In this document: positions 14,101-27,700 of the stretch, one piece after another
Position numbering within the stretch: the first letter of the stretch is position 1
How the letters are laid out: every line of letters begins with the position of its first letter
Origin: Eimeria praecox
Lineage: Eukaryota
DNA length: 64,000 nucleotides
Reading direction: 5' to 3'
NCBI GenBank assembly: GCA_963920595.1
Contig: OY986950.1
Span: forward strand, 2,294,001-2,358,000
Position numbers and translations under genes: made by a program
Notes under the pieces: model-generated
The model's input: the letters and a program-made list of their open reading frames with translations, nothing else
The model's database searches: none
What the model was told of the DNA's origin: nothing

Positions 14101-15500
14101 TTAACCTCGTTAGAAAAAACCACATCCCCCTGTTTGTAAATCCCTTGATGCTTTTCGCTCTCAAGTGGGCCTGACGTCTCCATCCGTGAGCAAATCAAAG
14201 TTCTATTGCAGCTTTCAGCATGCGTAGGCCTAGAAGATCTGTTTTTCTCCGCTCTAATAACATCGTATTGTACAACCCTTCCTCCTCCCCTGGGTTGCCC
14301 CCTCATTTACCTTTACCTGCCCAACCAGGAACTTATTCCCTTTCTTTGATGGGACCCGCGCTGGCTACACCATTGGAGCGCAGGCTCTGCGTTCACTGTA
14401 ACAGTTGCACTTTTGTTGCCCACTCGATGATACTTTTCGATGTAGTCCTTCACCAGTTAGCTGCTCCTTCACATTCTTCCATTCCGGCCTTTCTGATGTC
14501 CAATGTGCGCATAAAAGTGCACATCAGAGCTTGCTGAGCAGGTCCAGAGCTTCTGTGTACGGATTCATGCCCACCGTTGCTTTGCCACCCGCTCTATTAA
14601 GGAAATGAGTAGCAACCACCCCACCGTTGCTTTGCCACCCGCTCTATTAAGGAAATGAGTAGCAACACTGCGTCCTGTTGCGCACTACTGGGTCAAATCT
14701 ATGCCCCCTCCAGCGCCAAAGAGGTATTCCAACTGTTCCCCATCGCCGCATCCGGATCTTACCAACTAAGCAGGATGAGAGCATCCTTAACCAGTTCCCT
14801 TTGCTACAGAAAGGGCACCGCTAGAATCAGACACGCGTACGGTACTTAGTGCACTGCACCGAGGTGTCCACTTCTTGTTCATATTGCTACAAGGTGGGCA
14901 ATTGCAGACACCCACCGGCGCTTGAATGCCAAAAGAGCTACGTTTCGACATGGCTACTTGTATAGCTTCCTTCTATTTGGGATAGTCAGTTGTGCGATGC
15001 ATCCGCGCAAAGACTCAAGGTTAGCGCTAATAGGCTTGGAGTGGCTTAGATAAGTCATCGCCCTGCTCTCCGATTTGCGCCAGTCCTGGGTACACGGGTA
15101 GAACTACACAGGGTACGCCTCTTCTGTGCAGAGGAGATGCCCTGCTACAACTTGCACCGCAGCGTCGCCTGCAAGGTTCATTTGCATCCGAGCCCACGCA
15201 AATGTCCTTTTCGGGATGCACTCAGGTTGTGAAGATCTGCTAACTGACTGTGTGCCATTCAGCGGTCAGGCAACGCGAGCGCCTACTACTGCACGTAGCG
15301 ATATTGGATGCCTGGGCCAGCTTCCGGACTGTTGCTTTCCCTCTAAGGAAATTTTGGTTCCAACCCAAACCTCACTGGTTTGTGGAATCTACTCCACGGG
15401 CACTCAGGTGGTTTCCATGGCTTGAAGGTTCGAGGGAGAATCCAGTGGATTGCAGACGGTTGCAGGCTGTCCGCCTGTGAAACACACAGCAGGCTGAAAG
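11190..15500 (-). mobile_element. Decayed near-full-length chromovirus relic (gag knuckle-protease-RT-RNase H-integrase-chromodomain)
   Basis: Motifs in order: zinc-knuckle remnant (~14870); protease 'DA-VATHFLN' (~14660); 'VQYDVI' (~14260); RT 'QQGFSISKPCGYPSPL...TCLDFSCL' (~13900); RNase H 'APEL..DADKPYSF..ALAGALS...RPV' (~13200); integrase 'GYSSILIAYVFLVD' and 'WLPRELALD' (12430-12545); chromodomain 'EGDEEQPPENIM...WVIFNLENC' (11188-11382). Confidence 0.6.
14570..14666. repeat. Exact 47-bp tandem duplication (period 50)
   Basis: cccaccgttgctttgccacccgctctattaaggaaatgagtagcaac occurs at 14570-14616 and again at 14620-14666. Confidence 0.95.
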
Positions 15501-16119
15501 CGTGGAAGGAAATGTCTACGAGCACTTTAGAGTTGTCGCAAAGGAGTGTTCACAGTACGCTTAGCTTAGTTCCACTCGAAAATGAAGCACAAAGTTGCGC
15601 GCCGACGGCGTCATGCCCATAAAATGGAGGCCCAATGGGTCTTGAAGGTCAAATAAAGTACACAGGATAATCTGGATAAATTAGGGTTAGCCCAGTGATT
15701 CAATATGCGGAGGCGATGCTGCTGTCGGGCACGTGGGTTTTAGAGTTCAACTTCGCGATAACGGGTTAACCCAGAGTATCTTAATGGCTGCGGGAAAAGA
15801 TTGCAAGGATCTTACTCATTCGTGGCATATCCCTCCAGCATAACGGTTGCATATCCACAGCATTTGATTATGGGTTTTGTCGCGTGGGCGGCCGCCTGCA
15901 TCCTATCGTAAGCAATCCTTAAACACTGGCAGCTTTCTGCTGCTGGCCTGACTCTCCTGCTCTGCAATACTTCTTGTCAAAATATCAAAAACTACATGAC
16001 TCGCAGTTTCTCAGCGGTCTAGCGGCATGCATTTTCCGACCTTAGGAGTGCTCACTGGCAGATTGAGCGTGAAGGACCAACCCAGTGTTGGACCACTTTC
16101 GGCGCTTCAGACTGGAATG

Positions 16120-18300
16120 TGCGCGTATGCGGCAAAAGCAAACTTTATACCGCTTGCTCTGCGGGTCGTCTGCGAGCATTAATTGCAGGTGCGCCGCATG
16201 ACACCCTGCCTCATCAGCGTTATTGCTGGCGGTTATCCCGACAGCATGTGTGCGCTAGCTATGCAATTTGTTGTTGGAGGAAAGGGATCCCACGATGGGA
16301 GAAGAATTCCTGCAATATTCAAAAGAAAAGCCCGGAGTGCCCTGAAAAGCGGTACAGGCAAAAAGGCATTGCTCATAATGGGGATGCTTTTTGCAGAACG
16401 ACTGAAGCTTGCTCATCGGCAGCATGCCCTCCCGCCCGCCAATATTATGCGGCGTTCCCCATAAAGACTTTGGAAATGGCTTGGGTATACTCCCGGTCTA
16501 TGCCGGCATCCTATAAGAAGTTTGGACTTCCCTTGGATATATTGGCCGTGTCCACTTCCGCACGGCAGGGTCTCTGCTTTCCATGGATCGTTGCCCTGGG
16601 GAACGAATCGCGAAAACCCCCCAGTAACCTTGCCGCCAGACTGCTGGATGAAAAAGGCCGGCAGGTTTGGCAAATGGACTGGATGATGAGAGTCTTGGCT
16701 GTCTAACAGCTGATCTCCTGGGCACTGTGACGAGTATCCAACTGAAATCGGATACAGATGCGTGTTACCATGTTCTATTCGGCCAGCTGACCCACAACCA
16801 GCCCGATCTTTGGTTAACTCGACTCTTTACTGTGTAGGAGGCGACTGATGCTTCACTGAATATACACGGCTGCGGAAGCTATATCAGATATTCCAAATCC
16901 GTGCGAAAAAGGATGGGCTTGTGTTGGGTTAGAGCGCAGATGAAGTAGTGCAAAGCACTGCATTTTTCGGAACTGGGGTTGCATAGTTACAACAACGGTT
17001 AGCTGGCACTATCCATAGGGTTGACAAGCTTCCGGCTGTACATTTAGCTCTCCCCTTTACGGAAGCTTGACTACGCAGCTCAACAATCGCCGGACAAGTT
17101 TTCCACCTTGCGGTTTAAGCAAGGATAGAGTTAGCCAGAACATATGCACTGAACGCATAACGATATCTAGGAGAGTAGGATTTCTATGGAGAATTTGTCC
17201 AGCAGCTCAACTGAGACGGAACTCCACGCTATAGGGAGCCATGGACCTTACGTCATGCATTGCCGACAATTTGCAACAAACACTTTAGCTGGATATTTTT
17301 TGTCAGTTCCTGTTAGAAACCCACGGAGTGGGCCTGTAGGGTGCATTGTTGAGAAACACGCAGCACGGAAGCCCCACGCATATAAATTCTCCAGTGGCTT
17401 AAAGCTGACATAAGGAAGATTTGCACCGTTAAATAAACACATGAACGCTGCGCTCGGTGCGCTGCACAAAGTACCGACTTCAATGGCATAAGCCTTGCAT
17501 ATTCCTTGGCAGCGCAGGGAAGTTCGTGCCTTGCTGATACCCAGCATTACAATCACAGCGCCAACGTATGCCCTGTTCATCCCTGCTCCTAACTAACAGG
17601 CATATAACAAGAAAAACGGTGCAAACTGGTGGGCGGACAGTACAGCATTTGAATTCGTGGAACGAACACAAAGAGCCGTGTTTTATCTATAGGGGAAAGC
17701 GTGCTGACTCCAACTTCCTTCTAAAATTGCAAAGAGTTCCCTTCGAGTGCCCGATGAGGAACAGACGGGGGATCTATGCACATGGCTGCCTTTTTGTGTT
17801 TCTAGCGCCTGCTCAACAGGTGCAGAGTTTATGCTTCTTTAGCGTCAGTAAGCCGGCAGCTCCTGTGCCAGAAGGATTGATAGTGCATCCAGGAGTAAGA
17901 CGCTTTACTGTTCAAATTGCAAGCTACTAAACGAGGCGGGGGTAACGTTGACTGCACAATTGTGGCTCTTCTCCCAGATTGGCTAAGTCGTGCGCAGGCC
18001 AGTAGAAGACCTCTCAAAACGATCCACTAGCATATAATCTCCTTTAAACTGGAAAATCTGAATTTCGTTTAATGGAAATTCTAAGATATTGTTAGCTCAG
18101 ATATCGATATCACTCTTTAGCCCCAGGGGCACACGATTTCTTAAATTTCAGCAACCGTAGCCAGAGGTGCTCGCCGCGGAGATAATGAAGGATGAAGAAG
18201 GGTGACAGACTAGCAATCCGGCGGCAGTCAAAAATGCAAGCTGTCCAAAAGCAGGTGGAGCGCGCTGTATGCCGTTCCACGGGCTGCTGCTCCAGCGGCT
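16120..18300 (+). mobile_element. Decayed Ty3/gypsy pol relic (protease-RT-RNase H-integrase start)
   Basis: Motifs in order: 'LRALIAGAPHDTL' (~16170; cf. ALIDSGATHNF), 'LLIMGMLFAERL' (~16370), 'KPPSNLAARLLDEKGRQV' (~16620), 'STAFFG' (~16955), 'RYLGE' (~17165), 'NAALGAL' (~17445), 'SWNEHKEPCFIYRGKRADS' (~17660), 'HPGVRR' (~17886). Confidence 0.55.
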
Positions 18301-18560
18301 CATATATGCAGCAGCAGCGTAGATTAGTGTTTTTCCGGATGTGGCTTTCGCCATTGCCGCAGAGCATTGCCCACAGTTGTTGTTCGTACACCCTCGCAGC
18401 CTCTTCGGGCAGCGTAAGCCGTAGAACCTTAACACCGCAGGAGGCCCTCTAGCTGTTGATACTCACTTTTGTATACTCTGCGAATGTAGGCCCTGATTCA
18501 AAAGCATTCCATGCTTCCTCAGAACTACGCACGTCGCTGGACTGATGGTCGGAAACCTGT

Positions 18561-21500
18561 TTAAAATTCGGAATCTTCGATGCACTCAAAATCAGGGTCA
18601 AGCTCAATGAGTGCAGAAATTTCTGGTGGAGGGGCGTGTTGCATGGAGGCAGCTCTTCTCAGCTTTTCCCGTTGTAATACCAACTCGGTTTTCCTCGCGT
18701 TCACTGCACACTGTAGACATGACAGAAGAAGGGACGGGCACAGTTACTTGTGAAAATGCTTCCTGCTTGCTACTTCTGGACAGGATCTTCTTTGTTTAGG
18801 GATTAGTGAAGAACTTAAGACGTATGTCCCTTACAGTGACCCAGGACGATAGCAGACTTTCCAGCGGCTTTTGAGACTGTTCCTCCTCGCTTTGAAACTC
18901 AGCATTCAGCATTTCCATGATAAAATGCAAGCCGTTTTCCTTGTCCTTGTAGTGCCTTGGAGCTGCACGATTAATGGGCTCAAGGGCGCATGCAGCCGTA
19001 TATTTGAGAGAACAGTGAAGGGAAACGATGAATTCTTCCAGGTGGCTGGTTTTGGGACAAGCACAGCCTGGTTTTGCTCCCACTTACCCTTGGGATCGAA
19101 AGCCATCATTGCGTCGCCAAACGCAGGGGTAAGGAGCTGGCGGAGGCGGTTCCAGTTCCACAAACCCTCTTTCCCGACAGAGTTTAGTTTGAGAGTCTTC
19201 GCCTCGTAGCCTAGCAAGAGAGCGCAAGCTGCGGCTGCCGATACCAGCGTGGAAGTGTCTGCAATGTATTGTCTGCCTGAATATGACAGACAGGCACACA
19301 TTCTTTTCCCCTGCACCGGACCCTATGTTTATTACATGGATATCTTTGTTAGTTGACTTCAACACTGGAGCAATCTACCGTGCTAAACCATACATACCTA
19401 GATGATCCGAAAATCGCTGCCCACTTCACGAAAGCGACTGTGTGCGCAAAATACTTCACTTAGAGAAATATTATGTTAAAAAGTGCAAGCACTAAACCCT
19501 CAACTCACTTAGCGCAATGTTTTGCTTGAAAGGCGTAAGAACTTCTTCATTGAAAGCCTCAAGCGCAGCATGGGCTGCGATAGCTTCTAAAACGCATTTT
19601 CTGGAAAGCGGTGGAGGAACAAAGATTTCTTCTTCACTTTTCCCGTCAGTATCAGACTCGCCTTGATTTGACAAGCTGTCAGCACCTGCGAGGCCGTCCC
19701 CTTCGTCCTCTCCTTCCTTTCGCAGCTCCATTTCTTCTTCCGTTTTTCCCGCTTCTGCATTTTCTTTTTTCCTTAGTTGCTGCTCGTGTCTTTGCCTTTC
19801 GGCTTCTGCCATCTCTTCAGCCTCTTGTTCGTCAAGGAGCTGCAGCGCTTCACTTTGCCGTTGTTCCTGGAGTGCTTGCACTTTAAGCGAACAGTTCTGT
19901 TGTAACTCTGACAGCTGTTCCTGTAGAATCTTCTGTTCACTGGAATTCAACAATTCAGCTGCCTGCATGGTTCAAAGGCAAAAGTAGCAATTTTAGTGTA
20001 GCTGCCGGTTCTCAGGATGCCCGTGCGGGCAATGCCGGTGTATCTGCGGGTCCTCAGGATGCACACGCCTGAAATGACGCTCTTTAACGGAAGAATTTAA
20101 GGACAGACCTCGTGCAACACCGAAGAACAAAAGCTCGCATGGTAGGCTGCGGTCATTCAATCTTACTTGTCTTTCTACTGTCTCTCTTTGGGTTCGCACG
20201 ATGGTTGTCCCGATTTCTTCCGCAAACAATCGGAGGCATCCAAGAGCCTCCTGACCAAGAGATGTTTCTTGTCCGAGGGAATCGGCACAAAGGACATACT
20301 TTGCCCGACTGCTTCTAAGTTCGGGCGGTGCTAACGGCGTATGCGTTTCATCTAGAGTGTCTTCCTCTTCATTTGACTCGCCTTCTGTGCCGTCAAGGCC
20401 TTCCGAATGGGCGGGAGCCAACCCGGACTCTCCTACACATAGAGAACGCACAGATGCGTAGAAGGGAGCCCACTTCATGTACAGAGCAAGCTAGCTAGGA
20501 TGCAGCGATGTTAGAAAGCACAACCCATGAGCGGTCGCAATGTAGCCAATTATACACGTTATCCCGCCCAGGACAGGAGGTACATCACATTCAACTCATT
20601 CCACGCCCATCACAATATCGGGGGTGAGGGACATGGGTGCTCTACTCACCACCTGCTGATGAACCCGTGTCCTCTTGCTCCTGCGAAGGCGAGGAAGCTG
20701 CCTCTCTGGCTTGCGTCTCCTTCATCCAGTTGAAAAGGGCCATCACCGAATCAGCGTTTGCGACCTCGTTTAACTCCATCGAGACAGCTATGTAGCTTCC
20801 AGGCCGAGTGAGGCCGAAAAAATGGATTCTTGGGTTGTCCAGTACTTCTTCAACAATCAGACTTTTCCGCGTGACCGCCCTGCCGATATTGGCTCCAGCA
20901 ATCTTGCAAGACGCCCTCCGGTCCTCAACCACTTCGGCGAACAAGGCTTCTTCGTCTTCACTTCCTTCCTCCTTTGAATCATTTGATGGCCCTTCTCGTT
21001 CCTTGTTCGACTCGTCGTCTTGCAGCAAATCCCATGTCAGCCCCTCTTCCTTCAAAAAAGTCCAACCGCACTATAAAAACAGATTTTGGAACTCTATAAG
21101 CCCTTCTTTTAGAAATCGAAAGGCACGGAGTGGCATGCATTCACCCCATGTTCGCCTCCAGTTAGCTGCTGAGCCGTTACAGGAAATTTTGCCGTAGACT
21201 AGATAAACACCAACATCTGTTCTTTTCACTGAAATTAAATATACTTGTACCATGACGCAACCACCGCCAGGCTTTGGCGTCATGCTTCATCTTTCAGTCG
21301 CTAGTGTCCAACAGCTTAAGGATCCACAATGAATGAACATCAAAGCATAGCCTACTTCGTGGAGACAGTAGTTAAGCATGTAGGAATGGCTGTCATTAGC
21401 AGCTATATATCTCAACACAGGCGTTGGGTCTTCTTCCTTAGATCCCACTTGCTCCTCATACTTTGCTAGGTACACCCCTGTGGCTCCAAGCTTGCCCTTG

Positions 21501-22318
21501 AGATGGTTTAGAACCTTAACTAGTGTTTCTTCCTCCACCCATTCTACCCCTCGGAGGGCTTCAATGACCTCATCTTCGCTCACGCTGAGGCTTCGCAGCT
21601 GTAACTGCGTAGTCAACCCCCGAGTGGCTGTAGTTGCTACTTCGCATCCCACTGAAGTTACTTTCGGTGACGCTGAGGATGCCTGCAGCATACACTTCAC
21701 CCACTTTGTGAAAGTACCGAGGCGTCCGCTTGCGCGTTTCAACCCCGACAGCATGAGCCGCAGATTAGGAGTAGCAGCCTATAGAAGGCCATTATGCAGC
21801 TGGCGTGTTGCCCAATTGAGGAAATGGGCTAACGTGGTTCGTCGTCACCTTGAGTTGTTTTTGCTGTTCCTCGACGTATTTCAGCAACCAGCGGGAAAGG
21901 AAAATCGGGGGATCTGAAGGAGACAGAAGAAAAAGAGGAATAGCATTTTTAGGGCGATTTTTGCGGGGAATCAAAACGCCGTACGGCAGAGTTCTGCGCG
22001 AGTGGCTACTCCGCAAGTAACTTAAATATTGCCGCTTGATCTATCCTGCACCAAATCCCATGTTTTTGCTTCCTACATGCAGGTTCATTGGGTTACATTC
22101 ATTCTTCTTATACACCATGTGCCTCTAATGATATATTTGCCGGGTTTCTATAATAAGCTCGGTTGAGGCATACCCTCAGGTTGAGCCTTTATTGTAGCAG
22201 CGATGCCTTCTGCGAGCGTTGTCGCTACGGTTTCCTGCAAATACGTAGCTATTCCCTCCGCCGTGCCAGTCCAGCAAGCGTCCTGCACCTTTTCTGGGGC
22301 TCCATCAATGCTCACCAT
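18561..22318 (-). CDS. Multi-exon Dpy-30 motif + GAF-like domain + acidic coiled-coil protein; radial spoke protein 2 (RSP2)-like axonemal protein
   Basis: Exon 22318-22174 splices (GT-AG) to exon 21913-21849, giving 'YLQETVATTLAEGIAATIKAQPEDPPIFLSRWLLKY', a Dpy-30 motif. Later exons give GAF-like 'HLKGKLGATGVYLAKY..VLRYIAAN', 'EEGLTWDL', 'IVEEVLDNPRIHFFGLTRPGSYIAVSM' and 'YVLCADSLGQ', then an E/Q-rich coiled coil (19492-19968). The terminal exon ends 'ELDPDFECIEDSEF*' at 18561. Dpy-30 + GAF is the known architecture of Chlamydomonas RSP2; orthology is inferred. Confidence 0.85.
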
Positions 22319-22347
22319 CCTGGGCGTGTCCTACAGTCAAGTGGCGA

Positions 22348-22355
22348 TGCATGCA
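22348..22355. promoter_or_regulatory. TGCATGCA palindromic octamer 30 bp upstream of the predicted RSP2-like start codon
   Basis: Exact TGCATGCA here, also at 6290-6297 and 46321-46332. It is a known abundant coccidian motif and ApiAP2-binding sequence; function at this site is untested. Confidence 0.3.
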
Positions 22356-22589
22356 TATGAATGCCGCCCTCCAGCGAGAGAACTGCACCGACAGGAACCA
22401 ATGCAGAATACCAGCTGTATTCAATAGGTCGCCAGTATGTTTCCATACCCGTGTTTTAGGCTTCGGGCTCGCCGCATTGGTTACAAAGGGCAGAGACAAC
22501 GACCAATAAAGTGGCTTTGTACGCAATGAGAATCACGTGGTTGCCGGAATGCCTGTGTATTCGCTGAAGCATATGGTGGGCGGTTTTTC

Positions 22590-24600
22590 TTCTAGCTCAG
22601 GCCAATGTGGACATGAGAGAATATAACACACTTTAACACTTTGTTGCTCGCAAAAAAAGAGTGGCCAACACTTCTGGGTATGCGTTCATCTATGTTCTCA
22701 GTGTTAGCTGTGAAAGTGTTTGTTGGGCAAGGTAAAGAACAAAGCAAGTACAATTGTGTGCAGAGTACGAAAATTCTACGGTTATGAAGATAGTTGGCGC
22801 CCATAGCTCACAGTGAATTTTGATACCAACTACGGGAATGTAGAAACTTGAATCGTTCGCGATGGGAAGCAGCCGCCCTCTGCGAAGTACCCTTTGTACA
22901 TGCTAGCAGTTGGTGTGGCCTTGCTATGAGGAACGTAGACTTTCTTAAATGAGAGAGCGGACGAGTATCCATCCAATTCCGATACATTTTTGAGTCTGGC
23001 CTTGCATCAATTAGTGGAGTAGCTTTGTTGAGTATGGAGGTTGAATCTTCTTCGAATGCTCTTTTTGATTCAACGCGCCTTGCGGGGCTGGCTTACAGAC
23101 CCGGGCTGATCCAGGTTATCCCGAGGCAAGGCGCTGTTGGATAGATCCGGTACAACAAAAGTTGCACTGACAGTGCCAGAAAAAAATTCCCTGCGAAATT
23201 AAAAGCGTCTCTGGCTTAAAGTGTGCCCAGAAACGCTCAAATGGAATGAATCTTGGCACCTATGGGGCTGATAGTTCGCAGTGGTACTCGAGCTGGATCT
23301 CTACAGGTCCATCCCACAGACCAAACACAAATACTAAGTTATCCGAAATATATCTAGCCGCATTCGACAGGAGATCAGGTTAGCAGGTCAGGTATGCCTT
23401 GCAGCAACCCAGGGCCTGAGGCTGCTTCTAGTGCGCAGCTCGCAGTCGGCCGCGGCTACCCATTCTCTGTGATCTAGCCAATTGGCGCATATAAGGTTTT
23501 AACTACGGAACTCCGGCTTTTACTATTTTAAATAACCCCAGTTGAGTGTATAAACGAATTAAAAAGGTTCGGTTCTTCATAATAGTCGCAAAGAGAACCA
23601 AAACAGTTCCGAGGTGTGCTAGCCCCTGAAGGTGGTTGAGTGCCTCAGCATTCGAGCCTGCCCCACAGCGGCAATGGACAGTTGAAGCCCCTTTCCAGCT
23701 TGCTACATTTCATGCGTAAATACTCTAAATTGTCACTAGTAATACGTTTTACCATTTTGTTTCGTGGAATAAACCGCTACACGTTTCACTGGGTGAGCCA
23801 TTGTAGTGGCTGTGCATTACGCTGATTGTGAGGGCGTCATTGTAGCGGAGGCACTTACTTCCAAGCGCTGAGAGTGACGGGCTACGTGGGAGTGCTCACC
23901 CTGGTTACAGACGATTGGACCCTGGACGCAAGCCGGAGACTAATCATTAATGTTCCAGAGCTATTTTATCTGTACTACCCTGAGTTCAGCGTATATATGG
24001 TGAGAGGGCAACTGAAGAAGTATGAGCGGGACCGAATAAGACAAGCAACGTAGAGCCGTGTTCATTGCAGGTATGCAGCTGCCTGAGCGACCATCATACG
24101 CAGTTGCCTGGGAGGGCAGTAACTTATCCCGGTTAAAACGGAAAGAGCACGGGAAAGTAAAAGTCAGCTTAAGGCAACGGGCATGTGGCAAACAGCTTGT
24201 GCCCTTTACTAACAATGGGAAGTGATTTTAGGAGATCCACTGCTCTCCGTGGGTATTGTAGCTCTATCCGTATCACAGATGATTTGTGACAAAGGACACG
24301 TTGGTGAAGTGTCGTGGTCGTCCTTGGACGCAATTAGCAACGCTTCTCAGAGACTGCGAATGTATGTGATAACGCTCTAGGAGACGTACACCGGAAGGAA
24401 GCAGCCGCCTAACCCACTTCCGGCTCATCCGCCTTCTATAGAAGAACAGGAAGAAGCAAAAAGCAGCTCACCAGGGGCTCCATATACCTTCCATGTTGAT
24501 AGCACAAATGTTCCTCTTAGTGTACGAAGACAAAACGCATAACTGTGCGTTGAAAACGAAACTTCATTGAAGCGCCCCTCTTCAACCGCGCAACGCTCCT
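22590..24600 (-). mobile_element. Decayed Ty3/gypsy RT-RNase H relic
   Basis: 'LNHLQGLAHLGT' (~23630), 'YTQLGLFKIV' (~23540), 'CKAYL' (~23395, YLDD position), 'QKRAFEE...KATPLIDARPDSK' (~23060), 'NYLHNRRIFVLCTQ' (~22790), 'CWPLFFCEQ' (~22660). Confidence 0.55.
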
Positions 24601-24759
24601 GTGCAGAACTTTCCACAAGAAAGTACCTACACGGCCCCTAAGGTAACCCTTGAACCTATCTGTCTTCTATTCGGCACGGGTGAAACATGCATGATAAAAT
24701 GCTCTCATCTCGCGTAACCTAAACGGCAAAGCCTCCTATCGCCTTTATGACTCAGGCAG

Positions 24760-27700
24760 CAGTGTGAGGATACTTCAAACTTTTCCTCACTTTAATCAAC
24801 CCTTTATGCTTAGCTTTGTTAACTTTTGCTTGAGCTTCGATTGGGGATGTTTGCAGATCTATAAGAATTTGGTGCACAGACAGGCAGCTCGGCAAGCTCA
24901 TGTTCTCGTACCCCATTCAGCACGTCTGGGGAGCCGGTTTTCCTTGGTTTACACTTCGGCACGATGTTTGGCAGTTGAGATTCCCATGGGCACGGGCCTG
25001 GAATCTGCGAAATATGGAAACTCAGGGAAGGTGGTTTCAAAGGAAGGAATTTTCATGGTGGTTGGATGACAGGTGTAAGCCGGTTCCCAACACCGAGACC
25101 GCACATCCTCTTGTCTTCAAGTTGTAGTATGATTGAGCATGCCAACTCCCACACTAGACGGATCAGGCCTTAGGCGTCTGCTAGCCTGGCGTCAGACGAC
25201 GGGGAAGAAGTGTCCTCGTGGTCGGAGGCTAAGCTAAAATACACCCATTTCGACAGGTGGTTAGAATCCGAAGCCTTGCGGGATACACAGCGGGAAGTGT
25301 TAGAGGTGTTGCTTTCATATAGGGTAGTATTCCCTGATTCACTGCCTCCTGGTCTACCACCCAAGCGACCTCATGACCACTGTATACTACTGGTGTCGCG
25401 GAAATTGCCTGCAAAATCGTTCATATACTGCATAACGCCGGAGCAGCTTAAAAATCAGAAGCAACAGATCGCCAAGTTAACAGCCAGTGGGTGGATCGGG
25501 CCTGCATGCTCATCAATTTGTGCTCCTACGATCATGGTAGATAAAAGGGACGATGGTTCAGAAGAGGACAACATGAGCATGGTTGTGAACTACCAAGAAT
25601 TTAACGGTCTGACGATAGGTCCTGATGTCCCCGTACCTCCTATTCAAATTAGTCTGCAGATGTTGGGGGGAGATAAGTCTTTTTCGACTCTAGAGCTAGA
25701 AGCGAGCTTTCATATTCATTGGCCATACAGATACATATGGCCAGTGAATATCGATGAAGACGGCTTTGCGCTCTCTCATGGGAATATTTGAGTATAAGGT
25801 GATGCCTTTTGGCCTGAAGGATGCGCCTGCGACTTTCAAAGCCAACATCAATGCGTATATAGAACCTTTACTAGGACAGTGAGTCATAGCGTATTTGAAT
25901 GATGTGATTATTTATAGTTCGGATCTCCCTAGTCACCTTACCCTCCTACGATAGGTGCTAAGTATTTTCCTCAAACACCAATTGTATCCAAAGTTTCGCA
26001 GATGCAAGCTCTCGAAACGGGAACTCAGTACTTGGGTTATCCGATAAGCAAAAAATATATAGGCGCAAAAGGGATTAAGCCCGCTAAAGATAAAATAGAA
26101 GCTATAACGGCATCGACGTGCTGACGAACGGGACACCACGCGCCTCAGTTTCTCGGCACAGCCACTTGTTGCCGCGTGTTCATGGCAACTGATTATGCAG
26201 GCGTCGTACTCCCCCTCGCTGACCTTAGTCGTAAGGGAGGTAACTTTCAATGGACAAACATTCATACGCAAGCGGTAAGGAATCTTAAGCAGCGCCTAAT
26301 TGATTATACTATATTACAGGCTCCCGACACTTCGCTACTCTTCGAACTCTACAGATGCCTCAGGGTACGCAATAGGACCAGTGCTGGAACAAGAGGGCAA
26401 GCCAGTCGGTCTCCACAGCCAAGTCGTGAACTCCACTCAGCAAAAACACTCGAACTACGGTCAAGGGCTTTGGGCTTTGAACAGTTCATTGGACAAGTGC
26501 TCCCACCTCCTCCTAGCGGCAAAGCTTACGGCTTGCACTGATCGCCAAGCCCTTACACATTTACAACAGCTAAGGGGGTTCAAATATTTACGTGGACATA
26601 CTCTTCGGTGGTTGGATTTCCCTGCTGACTTTCCCGATCCTGCCATCACATATTTACAAGTTGCGCAAAATTAAGTAGCAGACGCTGTGTCTCGAGTTCC
26701 CTGTTGCCCTACTCCCGGGCCGCAAAGTGTAAGCAGGGTTTCTGCTACCCCTGCATGGTTTCTGCTACCCCTTCACACGACCCACCGGCACCCCTTATGC
26801 CAGCCGTGGAACCTCCAGATCGGGTCCATACCACCCGCCGACGACCGAGTAACTATTGCGAGCTAGCAAGAATCTGTCCACGGGCCCAAAGGCAGCGCGC
26901 CAAGGCTTCACCGACTCCTTCCACGCCTAAACCAAGCGGGCACCCAGCGCAAACAACATCAGAGACTCAGGAGAAGACAGGTTCTCCTAAGAGCCTCAAC
27001 TGGGAGACTGGTTATTCTAAGTGTGCAGTTTTTCGCGACCCATATAACGCCGCAGTCAAACGACCCGATGAAGTTATCCGGTTAGAGTTCCGAAACCGCA
27101 GACATGCCTTCGGTTTGGAAACCGCTTACTTGCGCATCTGCATACACGGCATGTGGCGTATATGTGTTCCACAGCTCCCTGAATCCCTGACTCGCATTTT
27201 GTGCGGACAGTATGACCACGTGATGTTAGGACATCGAGCCCAGAAGAAGGCCTTCGTGGCCCTCAGCAAGTATTACTATTGGCTAGACATGCGCCCCTAC
27301 ACTACTGCGCATGTGGAGTCATGTACCCATCGCCGTGGGTCAAAATCCCTGAGTCAGAAGCCCGCAGGCCTCCTTCAGCAGCTCATTATCCCTTCGCGTC
27401 GGTGAAGCCACGTCAGCCGGGACTTTATTACAGATTTGCCTCTCACTACAGCGGGAAATGACTCGATACTAGTGTTGGTTGATTCTCTTAGTAAGATGGG
27501 TCATTTCATCCCAGCTAAGAAGCCATTCACTCCAGCGGATACAGTGGCGCTACTGGCAGACCGATTCATTCCTTATCACGGCTTTCCCGACGCACTCATT
27601 TCGGACCGAGACCCGCGTTTCCAGTCCGACCTGTGGTAACAACTGTGTTCGTGCTTTGACATCAAGCGCGCCTTGTCCTCTTCTTACCATCCCCAGAGCG

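Noticed and set aside
18449..18557. Extra terminal exon of the RSP2-like gene ('VSDHQSSDVRSSEEAW..')
   Set aside because: It would need an intron of only ~30 nt; the preceding exon already ends in an in-frame TAA at 18561.
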